Below, in pieces: positions 13,008 through 26,636 of a stretch of DNA of 64,000 nt. The DNA comes from Mizuhopecten yessoensis (Eukaryota), in assembly GCF_002113885.1 (NCBI RefSeq), contig NW_018404085.1, forward strand, positions 155,761 to 219,760, in the 5' to 3' direction. The notes beneath the pieces are model-generated. The model searched no databases. It worked only from the letters and a program-made list of their open reading frames with translations, and was not told the DNA's origin. Every line of letters starts with the position of its first letter. The stretch's first letter is position 1. The position numbers and the translations under genes are program-made.

Positions 13008-16000
13008 ATGGAGGAGAAATGTGGACAGAGGCGGACAGTCGTCATAGCAATAGATTCCAGTCCCAACGCAAAGAAAGCATTCCAATGTAAGTTGTTTTAA
13101 GTGGTGTATAAAATTCCATTTGAGTATGTCTTAATACGGGTGTTGCATTGTTACAGAAATTGACATCATGCTCTCTCATGGTTTGTAACAAGCGATGTTT
13201 GAATACCCAAAGCAATGGTATAGCATAGATAATGGTAAACCTATGATGACACTGCAGACAAACAAAATGATTTCCGCCTTGCTGATAATTCCGAGTATTT
13301 ATTTCTGTGTATGGTTTCTGATACTTCAACAATTCCATGATTGAAGGCCAGATATAGCTGTTGTTTGTCATTGGTAGTTTTAGAATTCTCGGTGTGAAAT
13401 GTGAACTGCAATGTAATGATATTTAGCTTAAATATTTTCCTTAGTGGGTTCATACTTCGGACATACAATTGGTTCATACAATACACCTACAACTATTACA
13501 AGCTACATACAAAAGGTTCATTCATGTTACTTAGAAGATAATGTGAAGAAAACAAAGATACTTGTATTCTGTAAACGCAAATCTAATGCTAACCATGTAT
13601 TTAGAATTAACGGTCAAGTTATAGAAGAAGTGGACAATTTTAGCTATCTGGGAGTGACATTTAATTATAATGGTAGCTTTTCGAAATGTAAACGGAAGCT
13701 TTGTGAACATGCCCAAAAATCCATTTTTTCTGTGTATCGTAATATAAAAAATCAACATCTTCCAATAGACTTGAAACATTAAATTATGTCATACCCTAGT
13801 TAAGTCTTATATTGTAATATGGGGTTACGAAAATATCAAAATGGTAGAACACACTCATTTGAAATTTTGCAGATGAATTTTGGGCCTGCGAACTTCAACT
13901 CCAAACTTTATGATTTATTGTGAATTAGGTCAATATCCTCTTGAGATACCTGTTAAGTTGAGAATGATGACTTAATGAATACCTCTAAACTTAGTTGCCA
14001 CATGTATAGATTTATGTTCAAATTTCAAGCCAATAATTTGTGTAAGTTTAAATGGTTAGAATATATAAAAATGTGTTTTGATGAAGTCGGACAAAGTTCT
14101 ATTTTTATAAAACAGGAACCTATTAGTAAATATTATATTAAAAACACTGTCAGACTAATTTTTATTGATCAATTTTTACAAAGATGGCATGCAAACATTC
14201 AAAATTCATCTCGAGGTGAACTCTATGGTAAGTTTAAGAAGTAACATGAACTTGAGCCCTATTTGATTCGTCTTTCTGACAAAAAACAGGTCAATATTAT
14301 GCAAATATAGATGTTCTGATATGAAATTTCCCATTGAAACAGGTAGGTGGCATAATATTCAAAAACAGGACCGAAATGCACTCTATGTAAAAATGATCTA
14401 GGCGACGAATTTCATTATATATTCGAATGAACAAATTTAATAATTGTAGAGCTTAGAGAAAAACGTATTCCTTTTGTATTATAGAAATAATCCCTCTCAA
14501 ATTAAAATGAGTGGTCCGTTGTCATTTTGTAACACGACTGTATTAAATGGTATTTGTCTTTTGTTGGAAAAAAATAACAAACTGCTGTAATATGTATCAT
14601 GATTACTTTTTTGTGTACTTGCCATCCATTTTTTCATCACATGTGTATTATTATACTCTGATACCTCATGTTGTACATTTTAATGTATCTGAGGAGAAAC
14701 ATGTGTATTATTATACTCTGATACCTCATGTTGTACATTTTAATGTATCTGAGGAAAAACAATAAACTTGTAAACTTGCAAGTGAATCACACATGATACA
14801 TACAAGTGTTTTATACACACTGTATACAAGTGGTTCATACATGATGCATATATTCATGTTACGTACACAAGGTTCATACATTTAACATACGAGTGATTCA
14901 TGCATGTTACACACACATGGTTCATACATGATACATACAAGTGATTCATACTCGCTACATATAAGCGGTTCACACATATTACATACAAGCGGTTCACACA
15001 TGTTACATACAAATGGTTCATACATGTTACATACAAATGGTTCATACATGTTACATACAAGCGGTTCACACATGTTACATACAAACGGTTCACAATGTTA
15101 CATACAAATGGTTCATACATGTTACATACAAATGGTTCATACATGTTCCATACAAGCGGTTCACACATGTTACATACAAGCGGTTCATACATGTTACATA
15201 CAAGCGGTTCATACATGTTACATACAAGTGTTTCATAACTACATCCTTAATACCTTAAAAGATGGAATGTGCTAAAATGTTTTCAAAGCACACAGATTCT
15301 GCTCCAGATTTCATTCTACAAAAGTACATGTATTGACTCTGCAAACTATCTAATATTACAAATCCCTTCCAATGTACAAGTTATTAGTTCACCACCGTAA
15401 AACATTCTCTGTTTTATGTTGTTGTTGTTGTTGTTGTTGTTTGTTTTTTATGTGTTCGTCAAAGATAAAATCAAATCAACTGACGTTCAAGAATATGTAT
15501 TTGAATGCACATATTGGTCCATAACTGGAATATTATTTTCGCGATTTCAACAAACAAATTAGTAAGAAATACAAAAACAACCCGCAAATTGCTGCGTGGA
15601 CTGTCTACACACATCCTCGATACCAGGTTAAAGTTAGGGTAACCCCTGGAGTATCGTGGATGGTCTGCACATTGTATCACAAATGAGGTTTTTTTCTATA
15701 AAATGTGCTAGATACACTACACTGGTCACCTGTCCGAACTAGATGATTTCTAGCTATACTTTGCCTATATCTTGTATCAATAACAATTGTGTATTATATA
15801 ATATCTATGCTCTTCTATCTCCAAACTATCACGAACGGCACTTCCTCTCTCATTCGTCTGTCACACACTGGGTTCTGTCTATCCTGCCATTCATGGACGC
15901 GTGTTTGCGGGAAAATGTGGCTAGTTAATTACCATATTTTCTAATATCGATATATTTTAATCTTGAACTGACCGTAGTTATGCATGTTTAGTCGTAATTA

Positions 16001-19000
16001 TATATTTCAAATTAGTAAAGTCATAATGTGATCTCCTATATTGTAGATAAAGGATTCCCAATCGTGTTTCATTGTGTTCATGCATATGTACATGTATCTA
16101 TTTTAATGGTTGTTTTATGGCATCAGCAATGTAATTCCATTACCTAATCATACTTTCATACGCTGTAAATTTGTCTTTTATACATTACAACAAGAAATGC
16201 ATGTAAATAATATATTAAAATACCAACAGCGGGTATCTATATCTTTAAAAAGAATATTAGAACATACAATTGTTTATATACAAGGTCGTGTAAGAGTCTT
16301 CATTTCCGTCTATCGGAAGACTATAGTAATGTTTACAATCGCTACGTTTTTCAGAAGAACTAGTATCGATCACAACCGGTCGCCTAATTGGATTTAGCAC
16401 ATTACATGATGTACAGTATAGGATATATATTGTAGAATTAACAATAGTATATAAGATCCTATTTGTAAAATAGATGTCTCATGAGTTTCATTTTATTCAT
16501 AATTTCTTGTTTTGCTTGTACACAAACATTTTTCACATATGAAATTAAATTAGTATTTTTACATCAGCCGATTACCTAACAAAACTAGAATCATAAAACG
16601 ATATTGATGATGTTTCATTAACCTATTGCGTGGTTAGGATAGCTCAGTCGAATACAAGTCTATATCCAAATAACCCAACGGAAACAGTATGCTCACAAAT
16701 ATCATTTATCAGTACATCATGAACACCCAATATAGATACACTTTTTCTATTCACAAATGCCACAAAGCGTCATGTACAATTCAATAATTCCACGAAGCAT
16801 CATGTACAATTCACAAGCCCTGTGGATACATTATTTACACTCACTATAATATCATAGATCCATCATGCCTAAATTATAAACACCACTGATGCTCAATTCA
16901 AAAACGTAACAAGTGCATTTTGCCTGCTACTTGATCCTGTTTAGATAGTAAAAAAAGACGGAACACATATAAAGACAAACATAATAGCAGATTACAAAAC
17001 GCCTTCAACTGGTATAAACATGAATATCCGGTGTTGATATACAAAGACGGGACTGGTGGACCTGATGGAGTGGCTGCACCGCGTTGTGGGCCATTACGCG
17101 TGAACGCACCGAGGAATAGAGCGAAGTCTGCTGTAATGTGCAGATCGATCTGGTCGGGGAGGATAGTCAGTTTACAGCTGCATCAGAAATAAAGGTTTTA
17201 CCAGCTAAATTACACAGTAGCGTAACAGGATCAGTCATAAACCATTATAGCTCTAAGTATTCCTAACGCAAGTTTCAAAATATTTGCTAAATATCTATTT
17301 CAATTTATCAAATAAGTCGACGTTAAAATTAAAAATTAAAACATTTAAATGTGTTGGCTTTCTGAGCCAACACATCGCAAGCGCTAGCCGTAGACCCATT
17401 GTTGCTTTAAGTGTGTAAGATATAGCTATATATTTGACTTTCTTTGTATACAGGGTATGTGGATAACTTGCACCGCCCCGGAGATCACGCGGTGTTGGTG
17501 ACGGTAGTACACATCAGGGATGCCTTTACGTCAGCGCAGTGGTGCAGCCGTAAGTAGCCCGTTACGTCAGAGCTACCAGCTATACCGCCAGGAACGAGGG
17601 CATTTGTTTATCCAACAATTATTAGAGTGCCAACATGCAGTATGAGAAAGCCCATCATAGCATCTTTAAATGGTAGTTTTGTCTTCAACCTAATTCATAA
17701 TTGTGTTATAGCTCCAGTTTGAATTCGTGGATACTATCCAGCTAATTTATTTAGGATATTTGTAGTAAAATATTCAAAATTGGTTTTCGCATAGTGATAT
17801 TGTTTTAATAGCAAACCAAATATGACATAAGCAAAAGTAACCAAGAGAAATGTAGTTCTTTAAAAAAGTATTCAACACTTTCTTTTCTATTATATAACAA
17901 CTCTCTTGCATGAAAATAAACGGATCAAAAACGTTAATATTCCAGGCATCCGGAACTTGTTCAAAGTGGGAAAGAAACCCATGTTACCTTGACAGTAATA
18001 TAATAACCATACATCATTTATGATTTCGGTAATCGACATATTTGCGGACAACAGCATGTTTCAAATATCATTCAAGTCTAGCTATAGTACAGCTTAGATG
18101 GTTTTAGGTTAGACCTGCCCATTATGATGGTTTTAGTTTAGACCTGCCGATTATGATGGTTTTAGGTTAGACCTGTCCATTATGATAGTTTTAGGTTAGA
18201 CCTGACGATTATGATGGTTTTAGGTTAGACCTGTCCAGTATGATGGTTTTAGGTTAGACCTGCCCATTACGATGGTTTTAGGTTAGACCTGCCCGGTATG
18301 ATGGTTTTAGGTTAGCCCTGCCCAGTCTGATAGTTTTAGGTTAGACCTGCCCAGTATGAGAGTTTTAGGTTAGACCTGCCCAGTATGATGGTTTTAGGTT
18401 ATACCTGCCCAGTATGATGGTTTTAGGTTATACCTGCCCAGTATGATGGTTTTAGGTTATACCTGCCCAGTATGATGGTTTTAGGTTATACCTGCCCATT
18501 ATGATGGTTTTAGGTTAGCCCTGCCCGGTATGATGGTTTTAGGTTAGACCTGCCGATCATGATGGTTTTAGGTTAGACCTGCCGATTATGATGGTTTTAG
18601 GTTGGACCTGCCCATTATGATGGTTTTAGGTTAGCCCTGCCCAGTCTGATAGTTTTAGGTTAGACCTGCCCAGTATGATGGTTTTAGGTTAGACCTGTCC
18701 ATTATGATGGTTTTAGGTTAGACCTGCGTATTACGATGGTTTTAGGTTAGACCTGCCCAGTATGATGGTTTTAGGTTATACCTGCCCAGTATGATGGTTT
18801 TAGGTTATACCTGCCCATTATGATGGTTTTAGGTTAGCCCTGCCCGGTATGATGGTTTTAGGTTAGACCTGCCGATTATGATGGTTTTAGGTTAAACCTG
18901 CCCAGTATGATGGTTTTAGGTTAGACCTGTCCATTATGATAGTTTTAGGTTAGACCTGCCCATTATGATGGTTTTAGTTTAGACCTGCCGATTATGATGG

Positions 19001-22000
19001 TTTTAGGTTAGACCTGTCCATTATGATGGCTTTAGGTTAGACCTGCCCGGTATGATGGTTTTAGGTTAGACCTGCCCAGTATGATAGTTTTAGGTTAGAC
19101 CTGCGTATTATGATGGTTTTAGGTTAGACCTGCCCGGTATGATGGTTTTAGGTTAGACCTGCCCAGTCTGATAGTTTTAGGTTAGACCTGCCGATTATGA
19201 TGGTTTTAGGTTAGACCTGCCCATTATGATGGTTTTAGGTTAGACCTGCCCAGTATGATGGTTTTAGGTTATACCTGCCCATTATGATGGTTTTAGGTTA
19301 GACCTGCCCAGTATGATGGTTTTAGGTTAGACCAGCCGATTATGATGGTTTTAGGTTAGACCTGCCCATTACGATGGTTTTAGGTTAGACCTGCCCAGTA
19401 TGATGGTTTTAGGTTAGCCCTGCCGATTATGATGGTTTTAGGTTAGACCTGCCGATTATGATGGTTTTAGGTTAGACCTGCCGATTATGATGGTTTTAGG
19501 TTGGACCTGCCCATTATGATGGTTTTAGGTTAGACCTTCCCAGTATGATGGTTTTAGGTTATACCTGCCCAGTATGATGGTTTTAGGTTAGCCCTGCCGA
19601 TTATGATGGTTTTAGGTTAGACCTGCCCATTACGATGGTTTTAGGTTAGACCTGCCCAGTATGATAGTTTTAGGTTAGACCTGCGTATTATGATGGTTTT
19701 AGGTTAGACCTGCCCAGTATGATGGTTTTAGGTTAGCCCTGCCGATTATGATGGTTTTAGGTTAGACCTGCCCATTACGATGGTTTTAGGTTAGACCTGC
19801 CCAGTATGATGGTTTTAGGTTAGCCCTGCCGATTATGATGGTTTTAGGTTAGACCTGCCCATTATGATAGTTTTAGGTTAGACCTGCGTATTATGATGGT
19901 TTTAGGTTAGACCTGCCCATTACGATGGTTTTAGGTTAGACCTGCCCAGTATGATAGTTTTAGGTTAGACCTGCGTATTATGATGGTTTTAGGTTAGACC
20001 TGCCCGGTATGATGGTTTTAGGTTAGACCTGCCCAGTCTGATAGTTTTAGGTTAGACCTGCCGATTATGATGGTTTTAGGTTGGACCTGCCCATTATGAT
20101 GGTTTTAGGTTAGACCTTCCCAGTATGATGGTTTTAGGTTATACCTGCCCAGTATGATGGTTTTAGGTTATACCTGCCCATTATGATGGTTTTAGGTTAG
20201 CCCTGCCCAGTATGATGGTTTTAGGTTAGACCTGCCGATTATGATGGTTTTAGGTTGGACCTGCCCATTATGATGGTTTTAGGTTAGACCTGTCCATTAT
20301 GATGGTTTTAGGTTAGACCTGCCCAGTATGATGGTTTTAGGTTAGCCCTGCCGATTATGATGGTTTTAGGTTAGACCTGCCCATTATGATGGTTTTAGGT
20401 TAGACCTGCCCATTATGATCTTTAAACTGAGTAATGACGCACGCTTTTACAGCCATAAACTATCATTTGTAAAAAGGAGAGCAAATGCAATCATCAGGAA
20501 TGGAAGGTGTTCAATAACATTGAAGCACTATTGTTAAGATGAAGCCACCACTTGCTTTTTGGTTGAAAGGTTATCATAGCTTTATTTATTTATAGATGTA
20601 GGAAGTAGATATTCCTTAGTATGTACAAGGTATTGCCTGCGATGTTTAAATCCTAGCAAACTCAAAAAATATATTGATCACATTATGACGATATAATTAA
20701 CCTCTCTAATCAATTTTCCTTGTTGTCCCTCTGACATACATATCAAAATTCTTGTTTTTCTGTTCTGTTTTCTTTTTTTTAATTCATTTCCTGCACAATT
20801 GTTTCGGTATTGAGCTGAAAACCAAATTCATAAAGTTATGTAATAAAAGAGCTCTGTTAATACACTTGTGTGTGTTCTACACTTTGTCCAGTGATTGGTT
20901 TCTATGACGCTGACGTCACAGCCAGGAATATCGAGAAACAAAGACAGGAACTAAATCGTCAGTTACAAGAACTGGCGGTAATGATGAAAGACGCTAAGGT
21001 GAGACGATCAATGAGTGGAAGTGATGGGCTAATTATAAGCGTGAATGTAAATTTCGATTTCACGAAACATCTAAACTGAGATATTTTCCTGAACTGTTCT
21101 CTTGCTTAATCTAGGAACTAAATATCAGTCTGATTATCTAAATATTGACTAACGTCTGCACGTAATCTAGGAAATACATACCAGTCTATCTAAATATAGG
21201 GTACAGTCTACACGTAATCTAGGAAATACATACCAGTCTATCTAAATATAGGGTACAGTCTACACGTAATCTAGGAAATACATACCAGTCTATCTAAATA
21301 TAGGGTACAGTCTACACGTAATCTAGGAAATACATACCAGTCTATCTAAATATAGGGTACAGTCTACACGTAATCTAGGAAATACATACCAGTCTATCTA
21401 AATATAGGGTACAGTCTACACGTAATCTAGGAAATACATATCAGTCTATCTAAATATAGGGTACAGTCTACACGTAATCTAGGAAATAAATATCAGTCTA
21501 TCTAAATATAGGGTACAGTCTACACGTAATCTAGGAAATAAATATCAGTCTATCTAAATATAGGGTACAGTCTACACGTAATCTAGGAAATAAATATCAG
21601 TCTATCTAAATATAGGGTACAGTCTACACGTAATCTAGGAAATAAATATCAGTCTATCTAAATATAGGGTACAGTCTACACGTAATCTAGGAAATACATA
21701 TCAGTCTATCTAAATATAGGGTACAGTCTACACGTAATCTAGGAAATAAATATCAGTCTATCTAAATATAGGGTACAGTCTACACGTAATCTAGGAAATA
21801 AATATCAGTCTATCTAAATATAGGGTACAGTCTACACGTAATCTAGGAAATACATATCAGTCTATCTAAATATAGGGTACAGTCTACACGTAATCTAGGA
21901 AATACATATCAGTCTATCTAAATATAGGGTACAGTCTACACGTAATCTAGGAAATACATATCAGTCTATCTAAATATAGGGTACAGTCTACACGTAATCT

Positions 22001-22342
22001 AGGAAATAAATATCAGTCTATCTAAATATAGGGTACAGTCTACACGTAATCTAGGAAATAAATATCAGTCTGATTATCTAAATACACGTAAGATACGTAA
22101 ACGTGTGTTGGAATGTTGATCATGTTCATTAATTATTTTGATCCTAGGTCCATGGAACCATAAAATGCGTCCATGCTGCACGTGCATCGAAAGGAATTCT
22201 TGCTGCGGCAGAGGACTGCAACGCCAGCTGCATTATAGCCGGGTCGAGAGGACTAGGGATCTTCCAGGAAGCGAGTCTTGGCAGCACCAGTGAACAACTT
22301 GTACATACCAGTAATATCACTGTGGTTGTATGTCCAGACTGA
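13008..22342 (+). CDS. Universal stress protein A-like (USP copy 1), 158 aa, 4 coding exons
   Basis: Exons 13008-13086, 17454-17549, 20892-20998, 22148-22342; GT-AG, phases 1,1,0. MEEKCGQRRTVVIAIDSSPNAKKAFQWYVDNLHRPGDHAVLVTVV...IIAGSRGLGIFQEASLGSTSEQLVHTSNITVVVCPD*; UspA N-terminal strand and G-2x-G-9x-GS motif. Confidence 0.92.
13540..14780 (+). mobile_element. RTE-X-like LINE 3' fragment in USP1 intron 1
   Basis: KKTKILVF..IEEVDNFSYLGVTF, TPNFMIYCELGQYPL, FPIETGRW..LCKNDLGDEFHYIFE; ends AATAAACTTGTAAACTTG; internal 59-bp duplication at about 14640-14758. Confidence 0.82.
14780..15240. repeat. 24-bp minisatellite (ACATGTTACATACAAATGGTTCAT); degenerate copies also at ~13447-13530
   Basis: Visible periodicity; 8-aa period in the spurious ORFs. 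Confidence 0.9.
18097..20419. repeat. 29-bp satellite, ~80 copies, USP1 intron 2
   Basis: Unit TGATGGTTTTAGGTTAGACCTGCCCAGTA with a short variable block. Confidence 0.97.
21107..22085. repeat. 52-bp tandem repeat, ~19 copies, filling USP1 intron 3
   Basis: Unit AATCTAGGAAATACATACCAGTCTATCTAAATATAGGGTACAGTCTACACGT. Confidence 0.97.
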
Positions 22343-25300
22343 TCTCATCACGGTGTTACTACTTCTACAGTAGTAACTATTCGTATTCTTGTTCAATTAT
22401 CTGCATGGGAATCAATACACGTATAACTGCTATGTGTTACAGGTAAACAAGGATAAGCTGTAGGTGGGCTCTGATCGGCGTGACAAAAAAGAGGTCTAGA
22501 GCTGTAGATCTTAGACAGATGTAAATGTGTATGGTGTGAATATTAAATGTCTTGTCTGCAAAGCATGTGACCGTGACGGCATTCCGATGAAGTTCACGTC
22601 AGACGAAGTTTTATCAAATTTTATACTTGAATTATTTACTTTTAATGGGAAAATGAAAATGTTGAGGTCAATAATGTTTGGAGATTTATTACAGGTATAA
22701 GGGTATAAGATTGTTGTTGCACAATAAATGGTTTCCATATTAGTAAGCAAACATAAAAACGTGAAAAAAATACAAAAAAAAGAAAAGTTGGCCTTCCAAA
22801 AGTTATACCACGGCAATTTGATAGTCGAGTTCTGCTTGCAATGTCCAATTTTGACCCCTGAAATCTCGGGGAAGCCCCGCGTAAATTTAGTGCAGATCTA
22901 TTTATATATGTCACGTGGTTGTTTCGAAAGTGAGGCAATGAAGATAACAACAATAGCACGCCGCCTATCAGCCATGTCGGACTCAACTAGCGGACAAGAC
23001 AGCAATACTATACGTAAATAATTGTTTTCAAAGGTCGTGTATGATGCAAGTGTAGTATTCCTACCTATATGTTGTTGTTATATATAACGGTATTGATACC
23101 TCGTGCCTGTCATGACTTTTGCATGCATCTTTTTCTTTCGCCGCGATGTTTACATTTGGCCTTGTTGATGACGCGCGTGCGGTAAAATTACATCACTGAT
23201 CTGGGTCAATTGAGAGTTTTAGACTGTCAGGTGACGGTTTAGGATTTCTTTAATACAGTTATAATTTTTACTCTTAGGGAGTGAATTTCATCAAAATTTG
23301 AATCGCTATATTTCATAAGAAGGTATTTTAAACATGTGTATGCCATTTTAGCAAATATGACAATTTTTCCCCGACCAGCCCCTTTAAATCGAACATAATT
23401 GGACAAATCTTAAATGCTTGACATTATATGTCATGCACTATCTACATGTGCTATGTTGTACGGGTAGGCTTTTATAATACTCTCAGTGTGTTGTGTGGGT
23501 ATGGTTTTATGCCTATATGTATCTATCATTGTGGTATAGTTTTTACATGTGCATGTCTGTTTGTTATGCGGATACAGTTTGACGTCACTATTATTATCAA
23601 TATGCTGTAGGGGTAAACGTTCTACAAGTACATAGTTGTCTGTTATATTTATATGGGTTCCCGTTTACATCATTATCATTGTGTTTTACGGATAAGATTT
23701 AAAGTATATTGTATTATATAAATCATAAAATGAATAAATGTTGTTTTGTTCAGATATGTCGTCTTCAAGATTTGTTTTGGACGATCATTAGTTTCCAAAA
23801 GAAAAGCAAACGAGAAAGGAAATTAATTTAAAATTCGAACATTCTAATATGAAAATGAGCTAATCGTTTATACTTGTGGATAATATATTTCGTATATTTT
23901 TGTCAACACACAGTTTTGTTTCAGTGATATCGAGTAACACTGATATATACATTAGCAGAGATGAAAGAGGCACATGAATAACACATTGATGTAACTTTAT
24001 GTAACAACATATGTTTTGATATAAACGTTTGATATCAAATTAGATCATACTAAATATACGATTGTTCATATGCAAGGTATTATATCAGTATGTTAAAATC
24101 ATATTTTATTGCCGGAACGGAGATTGCAATATGAGGGATTTCTCTCAATTTCCTATCAACTTGTTTTGTTCCCTAGCGCCTTTCCTAGCAATAAATGACT
24201 CCTTCATGCACAGCGGTGTAGAAAGGGAAATTCCATCCAAGGGGTTTCATGAACAAATAGATAGAAATGTATTTCACCCCTTTGTTACCCTCGATAGGTC
24301 AGGAACGAGAGGAAATACGATTTCTGTCCCTAGGCCTGGAAATATTAAAGTCCCTAAAATTGTAGTTGTTATTCATTGTTTAACGTTTGTATTTAGGGTG
24401 AAGCAACAACTTGTTTACCCATTGTCAGTATACCTTGATCGATTGGAACAATCTAACTCAGTTAAAAGAATTGAAATGATAACAAGGTAATATGAGCAGA
24501 CGAGCCTACAAGTCATCGACAACTATCTACTGCTGCAGGTAAAAGTAAATTGCAAAATTGTGGGAAGAACATCCTCTTTCAAGGAAATGCATTCACCTTA
24601 ACACCAATGCGACATTATTTGTATTCATTTTCATTCGTGTCGGCGCAATATTTACAGCCTTTCATTAATTACAAAATCGCTCTCAACGTTTGCTGAAGAT
24701 ACTTTAAACAAAGACATTGAATTTATATCTGTATGTTAGAAAAAGCCGCATGCCTTTAAAACATTTGGGGATACCTTTAATTTGTTCTCAGTAATTGTAT
24801 GAAGTACATGCACGAGAAAAAAGTATGCAAAAACTCAATTAGTACAGAGATTTAATTATAGCTGGTTCTACGACGACACATGTCGGATGTCTTCCGCTAG
24901 CAGTGGAGACTGCCAGGCCGCCCATTCAACTTCATGATAGACTGTGTACCGATTGTGACATGAGGAAAGTCGAAAACATTTCTTAATTGAGTGCAAACTG
25001 TACAGTGATTTAAGATATAATTTGCGAAATCAAGCCTGTGGTGTTATAGAGGGGTTCTTAATGCAGGACAGTGACACACAGTTCCTGAACATAATGAAAA
25101 ATGGTGTACTCCTGCCAAATATAGGTCAATTTTATTTTTAACGCGTTTAAGCGTAGAAAACTATACATGCAGTAATAATTAATAAGTAATAAGCATAAAA
25201 TATGTGACATTCTACCAGCACATAAGGATATATCATCCGATAAAGTACTAAAGCGGTTAACCGTTTTCTCGCTAAAGTTGGTAGTACAGGAATAGGTAAT

Positions 25301-26177
25301 AAAATACCTTATAATTAGCTAACAAATATGTATATCTATATAATTGGTCTCTTTAAATGTGATGGCTCCTATATATTTTCATGTATATTATTGCCTTTAT
25401 GGAGTCTCTAAAGTCAAAGTTACCTTGACACCAATGTGTAACAGTGTTATACTATCTTATGATAAGCTAGAGTAAGCTGACAAAAATATTGGTCTTTTTA
25501 AATTTGGTGATATTTATATTATTTTAAGATATATTATTGCCTTTTGGAAGTGCAGATCTAAAAGTCTAAATTAACTTGAACATCAATGTGCTAGAATAAC
25601 GTATGAAAGTTGTTATAAGTATTGTTCTCTCAAAATGCGATGACACTTGTCCTTTTTGTATTTTATTGCATTTTGGAGTATCATAAGTCATAATTTATTT
25701 TGACAACAGTGTATATTGAAATAACTTAAAACTATATGATATAATAAGCTGACAAATATCTGGTGAAACTTATTCCAAGGCTAATATAATATTGCCTTTT
25801 AAAGTATCATAAGTCAAACTTGCTTTGACAGGAAATGTGTGGTTATAATGTATAATAATTAAGCTAAAATAAGCTGACAAATAAGAAAAAAATGGAGCAG
25901 TGGACTCTTAAATTATGTCTTTTGTTATGAAGACAAAGTCATGACGAAGGCAAGTATATCACACAAATAAGCATGTACATGTTCAAATGTATATAGAATA
26001 TGTTAATTCTTTAGCTGTACGTGCTATTTAACACGCGCAAGTGATTATTAGGTTGTAAATATGTTTTCGTGAAATACAGAACAGGTACACAGATGTGACA
26101 CCGAAAACTATTTATCAAGGTCACACACGCGCTTGGATGAATAGACTATCACTCTTCACATAATGATCACCAGCAAT

Positions 26178-26213
26178 TATAAAAAGGGCAAGAGCACTCA
26201 CTGCTCTCATTCT
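26178..26213 (+). promoter_or_regulatory. Candidate core promoter of USP2: TATAAAA (26178-26184) plus initiator TCATTCT (26207-26213)
   Basis: Canonical ~30-nt TATA-Inr spacing; possible UTR intron 26231 (GTCAGC) to 26600 (TTGTAG) ahead of ATG 26637. Confidence 0.55.
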
Positions 26214-26636
26214 ATATGAACTTACGGAAGGTCAGCGAATGAAATGGCTGGCTGAACAACGAGCCTTACACTGCCAATGCTACAGTGTAGTGTGTCATGC
26301 TAGTTATAGTAGCTATATATATCACCATTATATTAACGAAAATCTATACAACCCAGGACTAGGTTGTAATCTAAATACAGACCATCGATCTGTTCCTGGT
26401 GCATTACCAAGGACATACATCGCGGGGAAGCTAACAGCTTCTCAACAGACTGCAGTCATACACCATCAATGATGTAAATCGCATGTGTAAATAAAGTTCA
26501 ACTGTTGTCTTCAAACCAGTTCTAGGTCAGCGTTCGGCTATTTACATAAATACAGCGTCGTTGTGGATCGTCTGCTTCAAATAGCACGTTCACGTTGTAG
26601 TACACACACTGACGGAAGGACGAGTGTTTTAAAAAG

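Noticed and set aside
18097-20419. CRISPR-like look (constant part plus variable part)
   Set aside because: The variable block is only about 6 nt and recurrent, there are no unique spacers or cas genes, and it sits in a eukaryotic intron.
22580-23387. Possible non-autonomous DNA transposon ending CCGACCAGCCCCTTTAA
   Set aside because: Only one terminus is recognisable, so the boundaries cannot be supported.
24062-24490. 142-aa ORF between USP1 and USP2
   Set aside because: No recognisable domain, non-ATG start, no supporting splice structure.
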